Virus record (IMG/VR): IMGVR_UViG_3300017908_000157
Span: 1-41,365 of that record
DNA from: a virus
Lineage: Duplodnaviria > Caudoviricetes
Reading direction: 5' to 3' (one strand)
Length of the DNA stretch: 41,365 nt
Part shown: positions 35,070 through 41,365 of the stretch, in pieces
Position numbering within the stretch: the stretch's first letter is position 1
Layout: the number at the start of each line of letters is the position of its first letter
The notes under the pieces: model-generated
What the model was told of the DNA's origin: nothing
What the model saw: only the letters and a program-made list of their open reading frames with translations
The model's database searches: none
Made by a program: the position numbers and the translations under genes

Positions 35070-36073
35070 GTAACATTGTAATTTTTAAAGACATGACGAC
35101 TGAGGAAAAGCTTATCCAGATTGAGGAGCAATCAAAACAGTTTGAAGGCTTGGTTGTAGATATGAATAAACCAGCGGATCGCAAAAAGGTTAAGGAAAGC
35201 GCCGCTGTAATTAACGATATACTCAAAAAGCTAGACCGCGCACGTATTGACCGCAAAAAGGAGTACGCGCAACAGGTAGAGGATGAGGCAGCTTTTATTC
35301 GTGGCCGTTTAGAGTCAGCTAACGCGCCATTAACTGCATTAATCGACGCGCACAAAGAGCAAGAGAGACTAAAGCGAGAAGCGGAGAAAGCTCGTCAAGA
35401 TGAAATCGACAACGCATTTTCTAGAATGAATGACATGGCAATGGAGGCTATTGGGCAAACATCGACTGTCATTGAGTCAATTATTGATGAATTAGCTGAT
35501 TATGATTTTAACCCTGACACATTCCAAGAGCGCACCGAGGATGCTGTTAAAAAGCATTCTGAGTTGATGCAGCGCCTTGATATGATGAAGCAGCAAGCAA
35601 CGGCACAGGAAGAGTTGGAGGCAAGAGCCGCAGAAATCGAACGCAAAGAGCGTGAGCAGGCAGAAAAGGAAGAGGCTGAACGTTTACGTATTGAGCGTGA
35701 GAAAATCGCACATGAAGCCGCAGAGAAAGCCAGAATCGAAGCGGAAGAACGCCACCAGCGAGAAATGCAAGAGGCTGAACAGCGTCGTATTCGTGAAGCT
35801 GAAGAAGCCAAGCAAAGAGAAGTCGAAGCCGAGAAACGCGCAAAGGCGCAAGCGGAAGCTGCATCACAAGCAGAGCGTGAGCGCATCGAGGCTGAGCGAT
35901 TGGCTAAAGAAGAGGAAGAGTGCAAGCGCGAAGCAGACCGCAAGCACAAAGGTAAGGTTCATTCCGAAATAGTAAAAAACCTTACTAATGCAGGCTTGAG
36001 TGAGTCTGATGCGAAAAAGGTGGTTGAGTTAATCGCTAAAGGCCAGGCTGGCAACGTGCGGATTTATTACTAA
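35066..36073 (+). CDS. Long coiled-coil E/R/A-rich phage protein
   Basis: Composition; READRKHKGKVH C-terminal motif. Confidence 0.75.
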   Translation: MSNIVIFKDMTTEEKLIQIEEQSKQFEGLVVDMNKPADRKKVKESAAVINDILKKLDRARIDRKKEYAQQVEDEAAFIRGRLESANAPLTALIDAHKEQERLKREAEKARQDEIDNAFSRMNDMAMEAIGQTSTVIESIIDELADYDFNPDTFQERTEDAVKKHSELMQRLDMMKQQATAQEELEARAAEIERKEREQAEKEEAERLRIEREKIAHEAAEKARIEAEERHQREMQEAEQRRIREAEEAKQREVEAEKRAKAQAEAASQAERERIEAERLAKEEEECKREADRKHKGKVHSEIVKNLTNAGLSESDAKKVVELIAKGQAGNVRIYY

Positions 36074-36525
36074 TGATTATCATAGGAATAGACCCAGACA
36101 GTAGCGCTAATGGCGTTGCTGTATACCGAAATGGATCTCTAGTCGAGTTACTTTCGCTAAACACTTTCCAGTTAATCACTTTTATAGCTTGTTGCCTGTC
36201 TGAATCCGATGTGGTAGTGCATATAGAAGATGTTTTCGGTATAAGTGCGGCATTTACAGCAAGAGATAAGAAAAAGTCTTTAGCTGTAAAGTTAAAGATG
36301 GCTCAGCATATAGGCATGTGCAAGCAGGCTCAGATTGAGGTTGAAAGGATATGCGAAGCCTACGAGGTTAAGGTAGTAAAACACAAAGTTTCTAAAATGT
36401 GGAAAGATGCCGATTCAGGCAAAAAGCAATTTGAATCAATCACTGGCTGGAAAGGTCAGAGCAACCCAGATAAGCGAAGTGCGGCGTATTTTGGCTGGCT
36501 TGGCGTAACTTCAAAGAGGAAATAA
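36073..36525 (+). CDS. RuvC-like Holliday junction resolvase
   Basis: IIIGIDP and VHIED motifs. Confidence 0.7.
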   Translation: MIIIGIDPDSSANGVAVYRNGSLVELLSLNTFQLITFIACCLSESDVVVHIEDVFGISAAFTARDKKKSLAVKLKMAQHIGMCKQAQIEVERICEAYEVKVVKHKVSKMWKDADSGKKQFESITGWKGQSNPDKRSAAYFGWLGVTSKRK

Positions 36526-36529
36526 AAAC

Positions 36530-36922
36530 ATGGCAAAACGATTAGTAGCAAAAGTTGGCGAGTACCAAAAAGACGGCCAAACAAAAGGCGAGTACGTGAA
36601 AATTGGCGTGATACTGGAAAATCAAAACGGCGAATATATGCTTATTGACCCTTCTGTCAGCCTGTCCGGTGTGCTAGCTAAGCAGAATGCAATGGCTGCT
36701 AATTCAGGTCAGCCTGTTCGTGATAACGTAATGGCAAGTATTTTTACTGACCAAAATCAGCAGGGCGGTTATCAGCAAAACAATCAGCAACAAAGTAATC
36801 GCCAGCAACATAATCAGCAGCAAGGAAATTACAATCAAGGCAATAATCAGCAGCGCAGCAATCCGCCTGCAAATAGCTATCAGCAGAACGGCGAGCCAGA
36901 CTTCTCGTTTGATGACGACTAG
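36530..36922 (+). CDS. Single-stranded DNA-binding protein-like
   Basis: Q/N-rich linker and acidic aromatic tail PDFSFDDD. Confidence 0.6.
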   Translation: MAKRLVAKVGEYQKDGQTKGEYVKIGVILENQNGEYMLIDPSVSLSGVLAKQNAMAANSGQPVRDNVMASIFTDQNQQGGYQQNNQQQSNRQQHNQQQGNYNQGNNQQRSNPPANSYQQNGEPDFSFDDD

Positions 36923-37016
36923 CTTCGGCTAGTTAACATATAGAGAATAATTGACATGCCGTTTTAAATTTAAACTAAACACAACCAGGGCGCACCACGC
37001 GCCCAAGTGAGGGAAG

Positions 37017-37271
37017 ATGTTATATAGAAATTACACCATTAAGAAACTCAGAGAGTTAGGTAGCAAGTTAGGCAGGGATGGCGTATCTGAAGAGGTGCAA
37101 AAATGCATTTCAGAATACGATGGAAGCTATAAAGGAGCAATGGAGTTATGCGGCAAGCTTTTTGTAATGGCTGAAATGTCAACTTTCGACACGTATTGGG
37201 AAGAGCAAACTCAAAGAGGAGTCGATAAGCAGACCTCAATATGCTGCGAATTAATGAGGAATGAAAAATGA
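37017..37271 (+). CDS. Hypothetical protein
   Basis: GAGGGA RBS. Confidence 0.7.
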   Translation: MLYRNYTIKKLRELGSKLGRDGVSEEVQKCISEYDGSYKGAMELCGKLFVMAEMSTFDTYWEEQTQRGVDKQTSICCELMRNEK

Positions 37272-37795
37272 AAACAACACTACTAAGCCTAATCAGCGAT
37301 GTAACGATTTGGCACTACAATAGAAATTTAATTAACGGTTCTAGCGACAAAGACCAATTCCATAAGCTCATCCAGGAGTGCGCAGAGCTATCGGATAACA
37401 TATGCAAAGGAAACGACATACGCGACGATATAGGCGACATTCTTGTTGTACTGATAAACATAGCAGAGCGTAACTGCTTGACGTTACAAGAGTGCTTACA
37501 GGTGGCGTATGACGATATTAAGCATCGTAGAGGCCGAATGGTTGACGGTGTGTTTGTCAAGGAGGCTGATTTGAGTCCAGAGTGGCCAGAAAAATCAGGC
37601 GATAACATGGAGTTTACGCATTTGACAGGTGAAGCGGTTAAAGCGGGAGTCGTGAAGAGCAAATTGAAATGCGTATCATGTATGCGAAAGTCTGGATTCG
37701 TATGTCCGCATTATTCCACTGCTACTATGCAGTTTTGCTTTAAGTGCAATTGTAACACGCCTCACATTCATGAGTTTAAGTTTAATAACCCCTAA
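37268..37795 (+). CDS. MazG-like NTP pyrophosphohydrolase with C-terminal Cys-rich extension
   Basis: QFHKLIQECAEL...DDIGDILVVL...AYDDIKHRRG; CVSC...CFKC tail. Confidence 0.85.
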   Translation: MKTTLLSLISDVTIWHYNRNLINGSSDKDQFHKLIQECAELSDNICKGNDIRDDIGDILVVLINIAERNCLTLQECLQVAYDDIKHRRGRMVDGVFVKEADLSPEWPEKSGDNMEFTHLTGEAVKAGVVKSKLKCVSCMRKSGFVCPHYSTATMQFCFKCNCNTPHIHEFKFNNP

Positions 37796-37833
37796 CTGGT
37801 CTAATCTGTTAAACCCGCATTAGGTGGTATTGT
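37794..37833 (+). promoter_or_regulatory. FadR-like box promoter, class B
   Basis: AACTGGTCTAATCTGTT-A-N16-TATTGT. Confidence 0.8.
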
Positions 37834-37862
37834 GTGGGTGTTGATTGAAAAGGAGATTGGAA

Positions 37863-38048
37863 GTGAATATATACCTTGTTAGATATAGCGGATTATGGCT
37901 TGGAGGAGAGGCTTTTGTATTTGCTGATAACGAAAGCGAAGCCTTGGAGAAAGTAAAGAATGATAAGCGCACGTCGAATTTTACGGAAGTAAAAGTAAAA
38001 AAAGTTGAATCGTCTGGTGTGTTCTACAACAACAACGGCGATTACTAA
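37863..38048 (+). CDS. Hypothetical protein
   Basis: GGAGATTG RBS + GTG 37863. Confidence 0.75.
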   Translation: MNIYLVRYSGLWLGGEAFVFADNESEALEKVKNDKRTSNFTEVKVKKVESSGVFYNNNGDY

Positions 38049-38049
38049 C

Positions 38050-38406
38050 ATGAGCCAAAAACCAACCCGACTAAAGCAGTTGTGCAATGAAAGTCCGGCG
38101 CTTGGTAAAAAGCTAGCTGAGATTTTCCTTGCTGGACCAATTGGCGCTTACGACAGAAATAACGGCACACCAATATTTCAAGGCCAGATAAACGCGCATT
38201 ACCACTGCAAGGATAAATATCTAACTCCGCATGAGTTAATGCAAGAAATGGCTAAAAGCGGTTTAGGTAATTGTGGTGTATCGGTTTCAATAGGCGATGT
38301 TCGCGGCTTGCTCTTTAGGGAGTGGAATCACGGGCGAATGGAAAGAAAGCGACTTGATTGCAGCGTATCAGACAGAATGATGTGGGCTTACAAGTCAATT
38401 AAATAA
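38050..38406 (+). CDS. Hypothetical protein
   Basis: ATG immediately after previous stop. Confidence 0.6.
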   Translation: MSQKPTRLKQLCNESPALGKKLAEIFLAGPIGAYDRNNGTPIFQGQINAHYHCKDKYLTPHELMQEMAKSGLGNCGVSVSIGDVRGLLFREWNHGRMERKRLDCSVSDRMMWAYKSIK

Positions 38407-38441
38407 CGAGCATCCGCGCAGTAGCTCACAAGGAGTGACAC

Positions 38442-38534
38442 ATGAGAAGCACAGATATAAACAGAAAGGCGCAACTTAAAGCTTTACTGATTGCGGTTGC
38501 TACAATAGCGATACTGATGTATTGCGGGTATTAG
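38442..38534 (+). CDS. 30-aa single-TM peptide MRSTDINRKAQLKALLIAVATIAILMYCGY
   Basis: AAGGAG RBS; hydrophobic helix. Confidence 0.6.
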   Translation: MRSTDINRKAQLKALLIAVATIAILMYCGY

Positions 38535-38540
38535 TTTCAC

Positions 38541-38730
38541 GCCGCCTAGAATTACAGACAATCCTGTCATAATCGGTTGTTTAACATGGTCTTTGTCTAG
38601 GCGGTTTCTTTTACACTGGTTGCGGATTTCTTTTAACCTTAGTGATTGACGCGTAATGCTGTTATATCGGGTGTCTACTGCATTTGACGATGTATCGAGT
38701 AACGGCTTAACCGCAACCAGTTTTTTTATT
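38541..38730 (+). ncRNA. Two tandem long-range hairpins (candidate structured RNAs)
   Basis: 10-bp and 11-bp closing stems, inner stems with G-U pairs, each followed by a U-tract. Confidence 0.45.
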
Positions 38731-38743
38731 TTTGGAGATTGAT

Positions 38744-39007
38744 ATGAGTGAATGGATAAGTGTTGATGATAGGTTGCCAGAGATGATTGGTAGAGGCGAT
38801 AGAAGTGAGTCAGTCCTAATTCTTAGAGACACAAAAGACAGGAAGAATTCATCTCAAGCAATTAGCTTTTTGTGGTCAGATGCAATGATTATGAGCATGA
38901 GTTTTAATGATGAATTTTCTCATACTGACACATGGAACGGTCAAGAATCGAATGGGTATCGCGTAACTCATTGGATGCCACTACCTGAGCCACCTAAAGG
39001 AGAATAG
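38744..39007 (+). CDS. DUF551 protein
   Basis: WISVDDRLP...VTHWMPLPEPP. Confidence 0.85.
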   Translation: MSEWISVDDRLPEMIGRGDRSESVLILRDTKDRKNSSQAISFLWSDAMIMSMSFNDEFSHTDTWNGQESNGYRVTHWMPLPEPPKGE

Positions 39008-39008
39008 C

Positions 39009-39143
39009 ATGCACTCAATAGTAACACGTTTCAGATTTGGAGATAGATTACAGGATATAGCGCAAGAGTTAAAGATAACCGTAGAGCAAGTAATCGCGGT
39101 TTTGCGTGAGAATAGTAAACAATGGGATGGGGTGAATAGATGA
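39009..39143 (+). CDS. 44-aa HTH-like protein
   Basis: AGGAG RBS; LQDIAQELKITVEQV. Confidence 0.6.
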   Translation: MHSIVTRFRFGDRLQDIAQELKITVEQVIAVLRENSKQWDGVNR

Positions 39144-39565
39144 AAGGCTTTGTAAAGGTTGACAGAGAGACTGTTAGAGCTTCTGTTTTCAATTATAAAG
39201 AAAAAGAGAATCTTTACTATGATGAACTGACCAGAGCTAAACTTGTGCTGGAAAGTCAATATGATGAGCTATCTTGGTGGGATAGATTTTGGAACGATGA
39301 TAGTCGAACATCTAGATGGAGAATAGTGGCTAAATGTAAAAAGCTGAAAGGCGTTTACAGTATAATATGGACTGATTGGCTAACAGTATTTAAAGACGCC
39401 TCGATAGTATCAGAAGAAACTTATGAGGATCTAAAGGTCACTAGATGGTGGGCTGAGCACCATTGCAGAGTGGTTGATGAATTAGAAGAAATGTCAAAAG
39501 CAGGAAATGAGATTTTTCTTTCACCGATGCAAGCTGAATTTGTTAACGATTACAAGGATGACTAA
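39140..39565 (+). CDS. Hypothetical protein
   Basis: ORF track; ATGA overlap. Confidence 0.75.
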   Translation: MKGFVKVDRETVRASVFNYKEKENLYYDELTRAKLVLESQYDELSWWDRFWNDDSRTSRWRIVAKCKKLKGVYSIIWTDWLTVFKDASIVSEETYEDLKVTRWWAEHHCRVVDELEEMSKAGNEIFLSPMQAEFVNDYKDD

Positions 39566-39566
39566 C

Positions 39567-39594
39567 AAAGCCCCGCAAATAGCGGGGTTATTTA
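39567..39594. terminator. Bidirectional terminator between early and lysis units
   Basis: GCCCCGC-aaata-GCGGGGT hairpin. Confidence 0.7.
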
Positions 39595-40005
39595 TTGCGC
39601 CCCGTTACTCTTAACATTCGCATAGTTAACGCCAAAGCTAGCCGTTACGATAACGCCGAATAGCGATGTAATAGGCACAAACAAATCTGTGACTTTACCC
39701 GTAGTAGCCGATATAGCAACCATAGCACCATCTAAGACTAATTCAGTGTTAAGCCCTATCAAGTTAACTATAAACTCTAAAAATAGGAGTGCAAGTACGC
39801 TCACGACGTATATTTTGTATAACTGAGTAACGTCACGGCTTAACTGTCTACGCATAGCTCCGTTTGGGTCAAGCGCTTTAATCATTACCGTTTTAGCTTC
39901 GGCTTTTTCTAAGTCCGTTTCAATCCACTCAGTCGCGATATTTTCAACGGTTTGCATCGTGCCACCACTGGTAAAAAACTTTGCGATACCTGTTAGCCAA
40001 CTCAT
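39592..40005 (-). CDS. Holin-like membrane protein
   Basis: Hydrophobic segments, DPNGAMRR motif, beside endolysin. Confidence 0.6.
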   Translation of the reverse strand: MSWLTGIAKFFTSGGTMQTVENIATEWIETDLEKAEAKTVMIKALDPNGAMRRQLSRDVTQLYKIYVVSVLALLFLEFIVNLIGLNTELVLDGAMVAISATTGKVTDLFVPITSLFGVIVTASFGVNYANVKSNGAQ

Positions 40006-40103
40006 ATATCATCCCAGCCATCAGTTAACCCTAAATCGCCCCAATCTTCTTCTATTCCAAAACCCCAATCTTCTTCGGTTATGTATAATCTTGGCCCTAC
40101 CAT
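40002..40103 (-). CDS. 33-aa acidic Trp-rich peptide (EEDWG x2)
   Basis: GAGGG RBS; ATGA overlap with the holin-like gene. Confidence 0.5.
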   Translation of the reverse strand: MVGPRLYITEEDWGFGIEEDWGDLGLTDGWDDI

Positions 40104-40105
40104 AA

Positions 40106-40492
40106 TCAAACCCTCTCAAAATGCGGCATATCGATAAAACTCTTGAAGTGACCACCCCACCTTAAATTAACATCAAGTCTAATCGCAGCCTCTAGCATCG
40201 CACAAGCGACTTGTGAAAGGTGCTCCGGCTTCCAGCTAGCCTTACCATCAACATAGGCGTATACGTCTACTGCGTTGCCCGTTTGGTGGTATGATTTCTT
40301 GTTGTAGCCATCGGCTTTGGATTTACCATCTAAGAAAAGTTTATGCTGTGCTTCTGCGGTGCGATATCCGCCTGTTGAAGGAATGCCGAAATCTATCTTT
40401 GTTAGTTGAATTGCCAGTTTAACAACGTCCACTAATTCAGGGTGAACGCCGTCGAGGTTTCTTAGTGAGTTTTTGCTTAATTTGAAAGTCAT
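40106..40492 (-). CDS. Endolysin, peptidase M15 (L-Ala-D-Glu peptidase-like)
   Basis: GYRTAEAQ, SYHQTGNAVD, WGG and DMPHFE motifs. Confidence 0.9.
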   Translation of the reverse strand: MTFKLSKNSLRNLDGVHPELVDVVKLAIQLTKIDFGIPSTGGYRTAEAQHKLFLDGKSKADGYNKKSYHQTGNAVDVYAYVDGKASWKPEHLSQVACAMLEAAIRLDVNLRWGGHFKSFIDMPHFERV

Positions 40493-40839
40493 GTGATATC
40501 CATAACAACCTTAATAACTATCATTATAATGGCAGCCGCAACTCCCCACATAAGCTTATTTGCAGCATTAACAAAGCTATCAGCAACGGCTAGCTTACCA
40601 TTGACGTCTGAAAGCTTCTCAGTGACCGTTTTTAAATCACCCTCAAGTGAGGTTACGCGCCCACTCATACTGTTCAACTCGGCTTGATAGACGCGGATTT
40701 CTGTCACGACTTCCGTTAGCTTTTCTACGTTCTTTGCCAGCCCGTCTATCACTTCTTTTTGCTCGCCCTTGTAAGTCGCTAGCTCCTGCCTCAACTCTTG
40801 GCGTAATTGATTCGCCTCTTCCATCGTTATCTTGCCCAT
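40489..40839 (-). CDS. Coiled-coil protein with C-terminal TM (holin/antiholin-like)
   Basis: Heptad pattern plus C-terminal TM; directly before endolysin. Confidence 0.6.
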   Translation of the reverse strand: MGKITMEEANQLRQELRQELATYKGEQKEVIDGLAKNVEKLTEVVTEIRVYQAELNSMSGRVTSLEGDLKTVTEKLSDVNGKLAVADSFVNAANKLMWGVAAAIIMIVIKVVMDIT

Positions 40840-41255
40840 TTATGTATGCCCACCCTAGCATCAAAAATATCGTCGCTATCGCTGCCATAACGACACATAG
40901 TATAAAAACGATAAATAACACTGATGCCACCTATGCCTATTATAAAAGAATCTGCAAGTATAATAATTAGACGAAAGTTTAAAGCCGACTCGTAGTAAAT
41001 ATAATCCGCATACAAAGCCGTTGCCGGATAAATCATTAGTGCGTACATAATAGCACCAACAAGATATATACTAGCATACAAAATCAATTGGTTAGACTTT
41101 GTTTTTATTGCAAAAAATGTAGATAAGACAGACACGGCGATAAACGCCGCGCATAATGAAGCGTGGTAGTATTCAGTGTAGTAAGATAATTCCGCTAAGA
41201 ATACGAGTAAAAATGCAAATGCGACTACGATTATCTTAAATAATCCGCATATCAC
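40827..41255 (-). CDS. Multi-pass (about 4 TM) membrane protein
   Basis: Hydrophobic segments; first large gene of lysis unit. Confidence 0.65.
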   Translation of the reverse strand: MICGLFKIIVVAFAFLLVFLAELSYYTEYYHASLCAAFIAVSVLSTFFAIKTKSNQLILYASIYLVGAIMYALMIYPATALYADYIYYESALNFRLIIILADSFIIGIGGISVIYRFYTMCRYGSDSDDIFDARVGIHKWAR

Positions 41256-41365
41256 TTTTTACTCGGCTGCGGTCTTGGTTGTGGTTTCTTGCGCTTACCT
41301 GATGGCATAACCATGCCTCCATTGTCATAAAAGTCACTACACCATATCACAATAAAAAGCCCCAA
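41225..41365. repeat. Terminal direct repeat, copy 2
   Basis: Identical to 1-141. Confidence 0.95.

Noticed and set aside
35500-35972. Alternative-frame ORFs in the coiled-coil gene
   Set aside because: Low-complexity shadow frames.
36951-36976. TTGACA promoter before gene 37017
   Set aside because: Best -10 (TAAACT) is only 14 bp away.
8499-37810. Dispersed 17-bp repeat as CRISPR repeats, att sites or phage-RNAP promoters
   Set aside because: Not arrayed; no cas, integrase or RNA polymerase gene seen; fixed spacing to sigma70 -10 elements fits an activator site better.
38541-38721. tRNA or known ribozyme
   Set aside because: No cloverleaf, TTCRA loop or hammerhead/twister core recognised; the same applies to 23965-24092.
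41225-41365. 141-bp terminal repeat as a biological DTR
   Set aside because: Length equals a common assembler k-mer and it cuts through a gene and a terminator; most likely circularisation overlap.
1-41365. Stop-codon reassignment or diversity-generating retroelement
   Set aside because: Core genes are intact in the standard code with all three stops used; no reverse transcriptase or template/variable repeat pair seen.

Overview
An apparently complete ~41.2 kb tailed-phage (siphovirus-like) genome. Bases 1-141 recur exactly at 41225-41365, so the unit is circular or circularly permuted, 41,224 bp. Gene content suggests a gammaproteobacterial host, probably marine (inference). The minus strand carries lysis, tail, head, packaging, an extra appendage module and an initiator/DnaC/DnaB replication operon. 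The plus strand carries a DNA MTase, beta-clamp, SNF2 helicase, SSAP, RuvC-like and SSB operon, plus three small-gene islands inserted antisense into the head region. I saw no integrase, CI-type repressor, tRNA or CRISPR array. Three non-obvious signals stand out. (1) Nine 17-bp boxes resembling host FadR operators, eight with fixed spacing to a -10 hexamer; four match the FadR-activated E. coli fabA promoter geometry exactly and four are 1 bp shorter. (2) A candidate ~65-nt sRNA complementary to the extended GGAGAUUG ribosome-binding site shared by these early genes. (3) A methyltransferase ending in a clamp-binding motif, translationally coupled to a phage-encoded beta-clamp. All product calls are motif recognition by eye; no searches were run.
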